This document shows, one piece after another, positions 11,429 to 21,863 of a DNA stretch of 64,000 bases. The stretch covers positions 1,536,001 to 1,600,000 of the forward strand of contig OY970368.1 in the NCBI GenBank assembly GCA_963718615.1, read 5' to 3'. Each line of letters opens with the position of its first letter. The first letter of the stretch is position 1. The notes beneath the pieces were generated by a model. The model was not told the origin of the DNA. It saw only the letters and a program-made list of their open reading frames with translations, and made no database searches. Made by a program: the position numbers and the translations under genes. The stretch comes from an uncultured cyanobacterium. Its GTDB lineage: Bacteria > Cyanobacteriota > Cyanobacteriia > PCC-9006 > JAAUQQ01.

Positions 11429-11851
11429 CTAGGACTCCGATTGGCGAAGACGCTCAAGTTGCGCTTGCAGTTCGGCAACCTGTCGGCGGAGTTCTTCGGC
11501 TTGATGTTTGGCGGCGGCTTGCGGATCCGAGGCTTGGGGGATTTGAGCCGGTGCAGTAGCCGAACCCGAGGGCTCGTCTTCAACCTCAATGTCGATGGAA
11601 CGAGGCTTTGAGTCAGCCGCAGGCTGGGCTGCCACTGTGGTCGCCTGAGAGCGATTAATCAAATCATCAACCATGCGGCGGGCTTCCTCGGTGGTGAGTT
11701 CCCCCCGCTGTACCAGTTCATCCACAAGGGCCTGAGCCTGCCCTCGCAGGTCGCCCAAATTCTCGGCAGCTTTATCGCTGGCATAGGACGCAAGCCCGAC
11801 TCCCAGATATACTGCCTTTTGAAATAAATTTCCCAATCCTGCCATGGTCAC
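11429..11851 (-). CDS. Phasin-family protein
   Basis: KAVYLGVGLAS...LVDELVQRGELTTEEARRMVD; AGGAG RBS upstream. Confidence 0.75.
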   Translation of the reverse strand: MTMAGLGNLFQKAVYLGVGLASYASDKAAENLGDLRGQAQALVDELVQRGELTTEEARRMVDDLINRSQATTVAAQPAADSKPRSIDIEVEDEPSGSATAPAQIPQASDPQAAAKHQAEELRRQVAELQAQLERLRQSES

Positions 11852-11978
11852 GCCACTCCTGAGGCAACGCTTTCTGTTTCAGAATAGCCCGTCAATTGAA
11901 GGATGGGGAGAAGAGGTTTCCAGACCTGGTGAAGCGTGTTTGGCCGGGTTTCCCCACAGTTAACTCCCCTAAAAAGCA

Positions 11979-12078
11979 GGAGACCCGGAGTCTACGCCTA
12001 CCCCAAGCATCCCGTATTGCTGCTACCTTCCGGTCCTGACAAGATTTGGGCGTTGTGATCGCATAGGTCCGAGTCACC
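11979..12078 (-). ncRNA. ffs: Signal recognition particle RNA (small bacterial SRP, 4.5S)
   Basis: Minus strand contains the helix-8 signature GTCAGGACCGGAAGGTAGCAGC; ends GGTGACTCGG...CCGGGTCTCC can pair; T-run follows. Confidence 0.93.
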
Positions 12079-12259
12079 TTTAGCATACCATCTTGGCGTC
12101 CGGTTAGGCGAAGTCCCTGGGATTTTGGGATTCTTCCTAGAATTTTCGGGGTCCGATTGTCCGATTTGACAAATTTCGACACGAGTGGTTTTATTCTTGA
12201 CCCAGTGGCACAACCCGTGGTAACCAGTGGCAAAACCTGATGATGGGGAGATCTGTGGG

Positions 12260-13423
12260 ATGAAACGACCAAGGCAAGGGAGATCGAAGCAATGTAGCCG
12301 TCACAAGGGACTACAGGCGCTACAGGCGCTACAGGGACCGCAGAGGCCGATCGTTGTGCCGCTGGTGCTGGGACTTTGGGGGACGATGGCGATTGGTGTT
12401 TGTGGTTATTCGGGGGGAGCATTCGCCCAAACCCCCTCCCTCACGACATCGAGCGATCGCAACGTGGTGTATCCCCTTGATGCTCCCCCGCCCGGTCAGG
12501 ACCCGCTGCCCAGCGAACGTCCTCTCAATGCAGGGACGGGGCTAGATACCGATTATCGGGTGCCGGTTTTGCAACAGGACTACAAGGGTGGGCTCTGGGT
12601 AGGCTCCTGGCAGGGTTTAGCTCGGATTGACCCCAATACGGGTCGCATTCTTTCGCGGGTGGGACTGCCCAATACGGTGATTGGGGCGATCGCCGAGGAT
12701 AAGGTCGGACGCATCTGGGTGGGCACAAGCGATGGTCTCAAACGGATCGACCCCCGCAGTAGCGAAATCACGGCGGAGAATTTTACGCTGCCGTCTAATC
12801 GGGTGCGGGCACTGCTGATCGATACCCGAGGGTATTTGTGGGCAGGGGGCGATCGCGGTCTTGCGTTGATCAGCCCAGACCAGGGATTGATGATGACAAC
12901 GTTGCAAAAACTACCCGGAATCAGCGCCAATGCTATGACGTTGGATCGCAATGGCGATCTGTGGGTGGGGACACTGGAGGGGCTGGCCAAGATTGAAACC
13001 GCCAGTGCCTTTGTCAAACAGCGGATGCTGGATCTGCCGGGTCAAACGGTGACAGCCTTAGTGACGGACCGCTTTGGCACCCTCTGGGCTGGAACCCCGG
13101 AAGGTTTGCTGGTGATTGACCCCAATAAGAATTTGGTGACGCGCTCCGTGACACCGATGCGAGGCCGCAATGTCACGGCTCTGAGCTTTGATCAGGACGG
13201 GGGGCTCTGGGTGGGAACCAGTCGAGGGCTCTTCCGGATTAATCCCTACAACGGCGCAATCATTGACGAAATCTATTCCCTCCCCTCCAGCCGTATCCTG
13301 AGCCTCTCACCCGACACGGGGAATAAGCTTTGGGTGGGCACCAGCGAAGGGCTAGCCTGGGTCCGAACCGATTTGGGCAGTCGTGCGGAAGCTCACAGTA
13401 CGTTTAGCCGCGTCTTCGACTAG
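12260..13423 (+). CDS. Exported beta-propeller protein (two-component regulator propeller repeats), start uncertain
   Basis: Seven D-x-x-G-x-LW(V/A)G(T/S/G)xxGL repeats after a signal-like segment. Confidence 0.85.
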   Translation: MKRPRQGRSKQCSRHKGLQALQALQGPQRPIVVPLVLGLWGTMAIGVCGYSGGAFAQTPSLTTSSDRNVVYPLDAPPPGQDPLPSERPLNAGTGLDTDYRVPVLQQDYKGGLWVGSWQGLARIDPNTGRILSRVGLPNTVIGAIAEDKVGRIWVGTSDGLKRIDPRSSEITAENFTLPSNRVRALLIDTRGYLWAGGDRGLALISPDQGLMMTTLQKLPGISANAMTLDRNGDLWVGTLEGLAKIETASAFVKQRMLDLPGQTVTALVTDRFGTLWAGTPEGLLVIDPNKNLVTRSVTPMRGRNVTALSFDQDGGLWVGTSRGLFRINPYNGAIIDEIYSLPSSRILSLSPDTGNKLWVGTSEGLAWVRTDLGSRAEAHSTFSRVFD

Positions 13424-13453
13424 GATAGGGGCGTCTAGTGCGGAGTCCTTCCT

Positions 13454-14230
13454 ATGGCCGTCTCGGTTCAAAAGCTGCTGCAATATAAGCCCCAAGGCAA
13501 ATCCATCACAATGCTGACCGCCTGGGACTATACCAGTGCGATGATGGTGGACCAGGCGGGGGTCGATATTGTCCTAGCGGGGGACTCCATGGCGATGGCG
13601 ACCTTGGGACACACCACGACGCTACCGCTGACGCTGGAGGAGATGCTTTACCACACGCGCTCGGTGCGGCGGGGTCTGAAGCAGGCGCTGCTAGTTTGTG
13701 ACTTGCCGTTTTTGAGCTATCAAGAAAGCATTCCCCAAGCCATTCGCAATGCCGGACGGGCTTTAAAGGAAGCCGGTGCCCAGGCGGTCAAGCTGGAAGG
13801 GGGCTATCCGACCCTGGTAGAGACTGTGCAACGGCTGGTGGAGGTGGGTATTCCGGTGATGGGTCATATTGGTCTGACGCCCCAGTCGATTCATCAGATG
13901 GGGTTACGGCAACAGGGCCAGGAAGAGGCGGCTCAGGAAAAACTGATTGAGCAGGCGATCGCCCTAGAGCAAGCGGGCGTATTTGCCATCGTTCTAGAAC
14001 ATATCCCCACGGACTTGGCCTTGCGCATTACGCAAAAACTACTCATCCCCACCATTGGCATTGGGGCTGGTCCCTACTGTGATGGTCAGGTGTTGGTTAC
14101 CGCTGATCTCTGGGGCCTAACCGAACGGCAACCGCCCTTTGCGAAGGTCTATGTCAATTTGCGCGAAGCAGCGGTGAAGGCGGCTCAAGCCTTTTGTGAG
14201 GATGTGCGTCAACATCGGTTTGAGGTTTAG
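13454..14230 (+). CDS. panB: 3-methyl-2-oxobutanoate hydroxymethyltransferase
   Basis: [35 protein letters not shown]. Confidence 0.97.
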   Translation: MAVSVQKLLQYKPQGKSITMLTAWDYTSAMMVDQAGVDIVLAGDSMAMATLGHTTTLPLTLEEMLYHTRSVRRGLKQALLVCDLPFLSYQESIPQAIRNAGRALKEAGAQAVKLEGGYPTLVETVQRLVEVGIPVMGHIGLTPQSIHQMGLRQQGQEEAAQEKLIEQAIALEQAGVFAIVLEHIPTDLALRITQKLLIPTIGIGAGPYCDGQVLVTADLWGLTERQPPFAKVYVNLREAAVKAAQAFCEDVRQHRFEV

Positions 14231-14257
14231 GATTGAAATTTAGCGTCCATAAACCTA

Positions 14258-14935
14258 ATGTGCGGTCGATATACGCAAACCCAGACTGGAGAGGCGATCG
14301 CCCAAGCCTTCGATCTCCCCGAAACCCCGCAACTAGAACTACGCTACAACATTGCCCCAAGCCAATCCGTCGCGGTGATTGGTCGTCCCAACGCGAATAG
14401 TCCTCGGCAACTCAAATATTTGCGCTGGGGTTTGATTCCAATCTGGGCAAAAGACCCCAGTATTGGCAGCCGTTTGATCAATGCCCGTGCCGAAACCGCT
14501 GCCGAGAAACCATCGTTCCGCGCGGCCTTTCGCCGTCGTCGCTGTTTGCTTGTTGCGGATGGCTTCTATGAGTGGCATCGACAACTGAGTGGAAATAAGC
14601 AGCCCTATTATTGTCGGCTACGCCAGGGAGAGCCCTTTGGCTTTGCGGGGCTCTGGGAGCAGTGGCAATCGCCGCAAGGCGAGATTTTGCGCACCTGCAC
14701 GATCTTGACCACCCGAGCCAACGCGACGCTCAAACCGCTGCACGATCGCATGCCGGTGATTCTGCGTCCTCAAGACTATGACGTATGGCTAAACCCCGAA
14801 GAAGTCGAAAACGATGCGCTTCAGTCGCTGCTACAACCCTACGACGATCAGGCTCTAATCGCCTATCCGGTGAGCACCCGAGTAAACCGGGCGAGTTACG
14901 ACTCTGTGGACTGTTTGGAGCCGTTGGAAACTTAG
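14258..14935 (+). CDS. SOS response-associated peptidase (SRAP/HMCES, YedK-like)
   Basis: MCGRY N-terminus, RYNIAP, INARAET, GFYEW, HDRMPVIL. Confidence 0.95.
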   Translation: MCGRYTQTQTGEAIAQAFDLPETPQLELRYNIAPSQSVAVIGRPNANSPRQLKYLRWGLIPIWAKDPSIGSRLINARAETAAEKPSFRAAFRRRRCLLVADGFYEWHRQLSGNKQPYYCRLRQGEPFGFAGLWEQWQSPQGEILRTCTILTTRANATLKPLHDRMPVILRPQDYDVWLNPEEVENDALQSLLQPYDDQALIAYPVSTRVNRASYDSVDCLEPLET

Positions 14936-14970
14936 AGGGTTTGTTGTTTCGGTCACAGCACCATGGCTGG

Positions 14971-16329
14971 TTACGATTGCCCCACGATCGCTTCCACGGC
15001 CTCAATCGCTGTGGGTAAGGCTGCGGTTAACACTTCTGCGTGGGCCTCCGTCACCAAGACATCATCCTCAATCCGAATGCCGCGCACATCGCTGAACTGT
15101 GCCAACCGTTCCCAATCCACAGCGTCCTGATACTTTGCCCGAAACTCGGGATTTTCTAGAATGGCAGGGACTTGATAAAAACCGGGTTCAATGGTCACCA
15201 CCATTCCCGGCTGAAGCGGACGATCGAGGCGAAGATACCCGAGACCAAAGCGATCGCTCCGACGCCGTCCCGGTCCATACCCCGCTAAATCCCCCAAATC
15301 CTCCATATCATGCACATCCAACCCCAGCAAATGCCCCACCCCATGGGGAAAAAACAAGGCATGGGCATCCTGCTCCACCAAATCTTGCGGGTGCCCCTTC
15401 AAAATTCCAAGATCCACCAACCCTTCGGCCAAGACTCGACAGGCCAACAAATGCACATCCCGGTATTCCACCCCCGGCTTGACCGCCTGGATACAAAGAT
15501 CGTGGGCCGCTAGGACCACCTCATACAAATCCCGCTGGGTCGCCGAGAATCGCCCCGACACGGGCCAAGTGCGGGTAATATCCGATGCCCAGCCCAAGGC
15601 CGACTCCGCCCCCACATCCGCCAAGAGCAAATCCTGATGGGTTAAGGGATGAGAATAAACCTCATTGTGCAAGACCTCACCGTGAACCGTGACGATACTG
15701 TTGTAGGCACAGCTCATATTAGCCCCCAGAATCACCGCTTCCATGGCGGCCCGGACTTGGGCTTCGGTTTGGGCGAGGTGAGTGGCCGCCATCCCCGCCT
15801 CGTGGGCAATAACCGAGACCGTGGCAGCTTTACGGATTTCGGTGAGCGCGAACGCATCGTGACAGAGGCGCAGTTGGACGAGGGCGATCGCCAAATCCCC
15901 AGCGCGTCCTTTCCCCTGGCCCTCTCCTTGAGTTTTTCCCTGGAGCATTGCGGCTCCAGTGCTGTGCTGCTCCCAATCCGCCAAGGGAAAGGCTGCAACG
16001 GCTCCGATCGCCTCAGCCCATTCCTCTCGATTAGGCGTTGGTCCATGCCACAGTGCCGCACTGGGCGGCGGGTTATCAACAAACAACGTCAGCTTGCCCC
16101 CCTCCAGTTTGATCACCGCATCGGGGAATGGCAACCCTGCGAAGTAGAGAAAATGGCTATTGGCCCGGAAGAAATACTGATTGGCAGGAAAATTGCGCGG
16201 CACCGTCGAACCCGATCTGAGGAGCACTGGTCCATCGATGAGGTCGGCCAGACGCTGGCGGCGATCGCCCAAAACGGTCTGATACAGAGTTTGAAATTCA
16301 GCGGGAAACGCAGTCAACATGGTACTCAT
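14971..16329 (-). CDS. pepP: Xaa-Pro aminopeptidase (M24B)
   Basis: DVGAE...SDITRT, HGVGHLLGLDVHD, TIEPG, GIRIEDD. Confidence 0.92.
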   Translation of the reverse strand: MSTMLTAFPAEFQTLYQTVLGDRRQRLADLIDGPVLLRSGSTVPRNFPANQYFFRANSHFLYFAGLPFPDAVIKLEGGKLTLFVDNPPPSAALWHGPTPNREEWAEAIGAVAAFPLADWEQHSTGAAMLQGKTQGEGQGKGRAGDLAIALVQLRLCHDAFALTEIRKAATVSVIAHEAGMAATHLAQTEAQVRAAMEAVILGANMSCAYNSIVTVHGEVLHNEVYSHPLTHQDLLLADVGAESALGWASDITRTWPVSGRFSATQRDLYEVVLAAHDLCIQAVKPGVEYRDVHLLACRVLAEGLVDLGILKGHPQDLVEQDAHALFFPHGVGHLLGLDVHDMEDLGDLAGYGPGRRRSDRFGLGYLRLDRPLQPGMVVTIEPGFYQVPAILENPEFRAKYQDAVDWERLAQFSDVRGIRIEDDVLVTEAHAEVLTAALPTAIEAVEAIVGQS

Positions 16330-16421
16330 CCTCTAGGACGGGGCAGTGGGAAAGGCCCAAGTCCAAGGGAGATGAGTCAATCCTGGTTCTTTTGGGATTG
16401 TAATCGAGCGACCGCCCTTTC

Positions 16422-16548
16422 TTACAAAACGTCAATGGCGTTGCCGACGTAGGGTTCATTTTGGTTTTGTTCGATCCATTGGGTGAGGACGGGGAGGACG
16501 TTGGGGGATTTTTGCCGAGTTGGATGAGGGATTGGGCGGCGCGATCGC
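16422..16548 (-). pseudogene. Remnant 3' end of a NACHT-HEAT gene paralog
   Basis: About 90% identical (my manual count: 11 differences in ~107 nt) to 20755-20861; reads RAAQSLIQLGK(-1)SPNVLPVLTQWIEQNQNEPYVGNAIDVL*. Confidence 0.85.
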
Positions 16549-16596
16549 TAACTCAACATGAAGCTGACAATTTGTTGAGGGTGAAGGAAGAATCTA

Positions 16597-16957
16597 TCAA
16601 TAATTCCATTGATTTAAAACAATAAACTTGTTCTCTAGGAATAGATTTGCATCGATAAGGTTGGCAATAGAATTCACAATATTTTGATAGCTCATATTTT
16701 TGCTCGGGTCAGCATTTTGGTAGACGGCAAGAATCCCTGGGTGCGATGAATTGGCTTGATGAAGTTCTTGAAAGTCACTGCAATTTCGAGTTAGGAGGAC
16801 TCGTTGATTCTGACGGGCAAAAGCAAGTATCTGGTCGTCCGGTGAGCTAGCGATCGCCCCATCGTTCACCGTCATAACATCGTGACCTGCCGCTTGAAGC
16901 ATTTTGACAAGAGACTTGGCCTTGGGAGTCTTCATCCAGCAGTAGCGATAGGCTCAA
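16597..16957 (-). pseudogene. DUF5615 (VapC45-like PIN) toxin, +1 frameshift
   Basis: TTG-start MSLSLLLDEDSQ, one extra base, then AKSLVKMLQAAGHDV...LLTRNCSDF...HPGIL; 361 nt = 120 codons + 1. Confidence 0.8.
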
Positions 16958-17100
16958 GGGAGACTCCTTGCTCTTGCAGTCGTTGTTTTTCTTCTTGGGT
17001 TTCGAGTTTGAGGAGAGCTTGGTGGGTTTCGCAGTATTGAATGATTTCTTGGATGGCGGCGATCGGCAGGTCCCAGTTTTCGGCGGCTTCTTCTGGGGAC

Positions 17101-18389
17101 TGAGGTGGACCCAATCGACTGAACAGATTTAACAGGAGACTAAGCTCTGAATTCTCCCCGGATTGGACCTCTATTCAGCGACTGCTCTCAGCTGCACCGT
17201 CAAAGTAAATCTCATCCGGTGTTTTGTAATCCAACGACTGATGCAATCTCAACTGATTATACCAGCTAAACCATTTCTTCACCTCCTGATTTAAGTGATT
17301 CCCATCCTCAAAACTCTTCAGATAAATCAGCTCGTACTTCAGCGATCGCCACAGCCTTTCAATGAAGATGTTGTCATGACACCTTCCCCGTCCATCCATG
17401 CTCACCTGGGCTCCGGCTGTTCTCAACCTCTCGGTAAACACCTTCGCCGTGAACTGAGACCCCTGATCTGAATTGAAGATATCAGGACATCCATATTCCT
17501 CCAACGCTTCCTCCAATGCATCCAAACAGAACTGCACATCCATCGTGTTCGAGATTCGCCAGCTCAGCACCTTACGGCTGTACCAGTCCATAATCGCCAC
17601 CAGATAGAAATGCCCCTTCAGCACCGGCAGATAGGTGATGTCCGTGCTCCAGACCTGGTTTACCTTATCAATCGCCACACCCCTCAGCAGATAGGGATAT
17701 ATCTTGTGCTCCGGGTTTGCCACAGTCAGCTTCGGCTTCGGATACAGCGTTTGTAGACCCAGCTTTCGCATCAACCGCTGCACTCGCTTGCGATTCACAT
17801 CATGACCCTCTCTCTTCAACTGAGCCGTCATCCGACGAGAGCCATAGAACGGCATCTCCAGATACAGCTCATCCAAGCGACGCAGCAGTTCTAGCTCAGA
17901 GTCACTCACTGCTTTGGCACGGTAGTACAAGCTCGAACGGCTGATGCCCAGTAGCTGACATTGACGCACCAGGCTCAACTCCTCGTGCTCTCGCTCTACC
18001 AGGGCTTTTCGCTGCTCAACCCCAGTTTGGCTGAGCACTCCGCTAAAAAATCCCGTTCCACCTTCAGCTTGCCGATTTGCCGATACAGCTCGTTGATTTC
18101 TGCCTGTTTATTCGCTTCCTCCTTTCCTCTATCAGATGTCTGGCCTGAATCAAAGACGCTGCTTGCCCCTTCCAAGAGCTGCCTCTTCCACTGATGGATC
18201 AGCGTTGGATGCACATTGTGTTGGCTCGCCAGTTCCGGCACCGTCTTTGCCCCTTGCAAGGCTTCCAAGGCGATTCTCGATTTGAACTGGGCGCTGTACT
18301 GTCGGCGTTTCTTGCTCATCTTCTACTCCTATCATTTTTCGTGGAGTTTCAGAGCTTAACCCCCTGTCCAGTTTTTGGGGTCCACTATA
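17101..18389 (-). mobile_element. IS3-family insertion sequence, copy 1 (1289 bp)
   Basis: Ends TATAGTGGACCC / GGGTCCACCTCA; target duplication GAC at 17098-17100 and 18390-18392. Confidence 0.97.
17175..18319 (-). CDS. IS3 transposase OrfA (17996-18319) / OrfB (17175-18038), fused by -1 frameshift
   Basis: HTH OrfA; DDE OrfB (WSTDITY, NSDQGSQF, IERLW). Confidence 0.95.
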
Positions 18390-18716
18390 GACATTTGGTT
18401 GGTGAGCAGGTCTTGCCAGAGGGTGAAGGCCGTTAGTTTTCGGCCTTTGATGTAGAGCTGTCGTCGCCAGGGGTGGGGACGGGCGACGAGGAAGGTCCAA
18501 GATTCGGCAGGTGAGGGGTTGGAGTCGGCGCTAAGTTCAGCGGTGAGCAGGCGGACTAGCTCCCGCTTGTCGGAGGTGGAGAGTTGCTGAACGGCGGGGA
18601 GGAGTTCGGAGAGTGTCATGGGGTGTATGCCTTATCCTGCCGCCAGTTTATCGCGTTCCCTGGGCAAGCCGCTTTTGGTTATGATGGAGTAGAGAGCTTC
18701 TGTGAGGTTGCCACCT

Positions 18717-19004
18717 GTGAGCCCATTGGTTGAGCAAATTGTCCAACGCCTTGAACTTTTGCCTGAGAGAATCCTAGAGCAGGTGCTGGAAATTGTGAGG
18801 TTTCTGGAGATTTCTGCATTGCCTCACGCAGTAGATACGGCATCTCAACAGCAGCAAGAGCCAGATGTCGATCGCTTAACCAAATTGAAAAAGTCTGGCA
18901 GCGTATGGATTGTAAGGGCAAGCAGCTCTCCAACAGAAATTAACTGGGATGATTGTATTCTTGATGCTCGCCAGGAACGAATTGAGAAGTTCATGCAATG
19001 GTAG
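18717..19004 (+). CDS. Putative VapB-type antitoxin (DUF2281-like)
   Basis: MSPLVEQIVQRLELLPERILEQVLEIVRFL; GAGG RBS; stop overlaps start of the PIN gene. Confidence 0.65.
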   Translation: MSPLVEQIVQRLELLPERILEQVLEIVRFLEISALPHAVDTASQQQQEPDVDRLTKLKKSGSVWIVRASSSPTEINWDDCILDARQERIEKFMQW

Positions 19005-19086
19005 ACCAGGTTCTGTTTGATACTTCTTCTTTGGTGCCATCTCTTTTGGAAGAGCATCCCTTTCACCAGGCATGTCTGCCATGGTT

Positions 19087-20375
19087 TATAGTGGACCCCA
19101 AAAACTGGACAGGGGGTTAAGCTCTGAAACTCCACGAAAAATGATAGGAGTAGAAGATGAGCAAGAAACGCCGACAGTACAGCGCCCAGTTCAAATCGAG
19201 AATCGCCTTGGAAGCCTTGCAAGGGGCAAAGACGGTGCCGGAACTGGCGAGCCAACACAATGTGCATCCAACGCTGATCCATCAGTGGAAGAGGCAGCTC
19301 TTGGAAGGGGCAAGCAGCGTCTTTGATTCAGGCCAGACATCTGATAGAGGAAAGGAGGAAGCGAATAAACAGGCAGAAATCAACGAGCTGTATCGGCAAA
19401 TCGGCAAGCTGAAGGTGGAACGGGATTTTTTAGCGGAGTGCTCAGCCAAACTGGGGTTGAGCAGCGAAAAGCCCTGGTAGAGCGAGAGCACGAGGAGTTG
19501 AGCCTGGTGCGTCAATGTCAGCTACTGGGCATCAGCCGTTCGAGCTTGTACTACCGTGCCAAAGCAGTGAGTGACTCTGAGCTAGAACTGCTGCGTCGCT
19601 TGGATGAGCTGTATCTGGAGATGCCGTTCTATGGCTCTCGTCGGATGACGGCTCAGTTGAAGAGAGAGGGTCATGATGTGAATCGCAAGCGAGTGCAGCG
19701 GTTGATGCGAAAGCTGGGTCTACAAACGCTGTATCCGAAGCCGAAGCTGACTGTGGCAAACCCGGAGCACAAGATATATCCCTATCTGCTGAGGGGTGTG
19801 GCGATTGATAAGGTAAACCAGGTCTGGAGCACGGACATCACCTATCTGCCGGTGCTGAAGGGGCATTTCTATCTGGTGGCGATTATGGACTGGTACAGCC
19901 GTAAGGTGCTGAGCTGGCGAATCTCGAACACGATGGATGTGCAGTTCTGTTTGGATGCATTGGAGGAAGCGTTGGAGGAATATGGATGTCCTGATATCTT
20001 CAATTCAGATCAGGGGTCTCAGTTCACGGCGAAGGTGTTTACCGAGAGGTTGAGAACAGCCGGAGCCCAGGTGAGCATGGATGGACGGGGAAGGTGTCAT
20101 GACAACATCTTCATTGAAAGGCTGTGGCGATCGCTGAAGTACGAGCTGATTTATCTGAAGAGTTTTGAGGATGGGAATCACTTAAATCAGGAGGTGAAGA
20201 AATGGTTTAGCTGGTATAATCAGTTGAGATTGCATCAGTCGTTGGATTACAAAACACCGGATGAGATTTACTTTGACGGTGCAGCTGAGAGCAGTCGCTG
20301 AATAGAGGTCCAATCCGGGGAGAATTCAGAGCTTAGTCTCCTGTTAAATCTGTTCAGTCGATTGGGTCCACCTCA
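19087..20375 (+). mobile_element. IS3-family insertion sequence, copy 2 (1289 bp)
   Basis: Same ends; target duplication GTT at 19084-19086 and 20376-20378. Confidence 0.97.
19157..20301 (+). CDS. IS3 transposase OrfA (19157-19480) / OrfB (19438-20301)
   Basis: Translations identical to copy 1; slippery heptamer T TTT TTA at 19426-19432. Confidence 0.95.
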
Positions 20376-20869
20376 GTTTGAGCGGGCTGTGGAAGGAGAT
20401 ATCAGAGGCTATATCTCGACACATTCTTTGGCTGAGCTGTACTCTGTCCTAACTCGATTACCACATCAATCTCGGGTATCACCCTCTGAAATTGAGATAT
20501 TGTTTAGCAACTTGTCAAATTTTGAGAAGGTAGCGTTAGATGCAGATGACTACGTTGCTGTAATTCGACGCTTAGTTAAGCTGAATCTAACAGGTGGTTC
20601 AATTTTTGATGCGCTGATTGCTCAGGCTGCATTGAAGGCTAAAGTTGATTTTCTGTTAACAGCAAATCCTAAGGATTTTATTCGTTTGGGTCAGGATGTG
20701 ACAGATATAGTTCGGGTGCCAACAGCACCATAGTTGATCAATTTACCAGTTCCCACAAAACGTCGATGCCGTTGCCGACGCGGGGTTCGGTTTGGTTTTG
20801 TTCGAGCCATTGGGTGAGGGCGGGGAGGACGTTGGGGGATTTTTTGCCAAATTGGATGAGGAGTTGAGT

Positions 20870-21863
20870 GATATGAGAATGTGCATGGTGATTATCAGCT
20901 CTTAGCAGTGCTAGCAGGCTATTAACTATTTGACTTGATGGATTACTTAGCTTTTGAAGGGACTTTGCTGCGCGAGAACGCACCATAGACTCATCCTCTT
21001 TTAGAGGCGCGAGCAAGCTATTAACAACTGCATCTGATTCGTTACCTAACTTGACCAGGGATTGAGCAGTGCTAGAACGCACCATAGGCTCATCCTCTTT
21101 TAGAAGCGCGAGCAAGCTATTAACAACTGTGTCCGATGCGTTACTTAGCTTTCCAAGAGACTCTGCTGCGAAATAACGCACTGCAGGCTCATCCTCTTGA
21201 AGAAATGCAAGCAAGTCATTAATGATGGCATCCGATTTATTCCCTAGCTTGATCAAGGATTGAGCAGCGCGGGAACGCATAATGGAGGATGCAACCGTGT
21301 GAGGAGAGCACACATCCCGATCATCTTCGAGCAATGCGAACAAGCTATTGACAACTGAGTCGGAAGCATTGCCTAGCTCTCCTAGAGATTCAACCACGTG
21401 GTAGCGTACAGCCCAGTTGTCATCTTTGAGAAGTGCAAGAAGGCAACTGATAACTGAGTCAGAAGCATTGCCTAGCTCTGCTAGAAGCTTTGCCGCATCA
21501 GAACGCACAACAGAGTTATCATCCTTGAGAAATTCGAGCAAGCCATTGACGACCGAGTCAGAAGCATTGCTCAGCCCTTTCAGAAGTTCTGCCGCATCAG
21601 AACGCACAAAACCCAGGTCGTCATCTTCGAGAAATGCGAACGTAAGTAAGCTATCAACAACTGGGTCAGATGTATTGCCTAGCTTAATTAGAGACTCCGC
21701 TGCAGAATAAAGCACACTTCCATTATCGTTTTTAAGAAGTGCAAGTAAGCAATTGACGACCGCGTCCGATGCATTACTCAGCTCTCCCAAGCACTCTGCT
21801 GCATAGGAACGCCTACGTAAATTGTTATCTTCAAGAAATGTGAGTAAGCAATTAACGGCTGCA
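20870..21863 (-). repeat. HEAT-repeat array, ~99-bp (33-aa) units
   Basis: Repeating VRSxAAESLxKLGNASDxVVNSLLALLKDD; DNA near-repeats at ~20976 and ~21075. Confidence 0.9.

Larger units (their letters stand above)
16932..18619 (-). pseudogene. DUF433-like antitoxin interrupted by IS3
   Basis: Removing the IS and one GAC duplication rejoins ...WQDLLTNQMS|PEEAAENWDLPIAAIQEII...; overlaps the toxin start. Confidence 0.8.
18998..20733 (+). pseudogene. VapC/PIN-domain toxin interrupted by IS3
   Basis: MVDQVLFDTSSLVPSLLEEHPFHQACLPWF|ERAVEG...STHSLAELYSVLTRLP...FDALI...LLTANPKDF after IS removal. Confidence 0.9.

Noticed and set aside
11892-12422. 176-aa minus-strand ORF
   Set aside because: It overlaps the SRP RNA gene and the propeller gene start; no recognisable protein.
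15649-16452. Long antisense ORFs (also 24910-25668, 27774-28379, 34512-35168, 35062-36081)
   Set aside because: Shadow frames of well-supported genes on the opposite strand.
17101-20375. Composite transposon or inversion formed by inverted IS3 copies 1 and 2
   Set aside because: Each copy has its own matched target duplication and each interrupted gene rejoins in frame, so these are independent insertions.
20870-21863. CRISPR array or DGR template/variable repeat
   Set aside because: The ~99-bp units are degenerate in-frame HEAT codons without unique spacers; no cas or reverse transcriptase gene is in the window.
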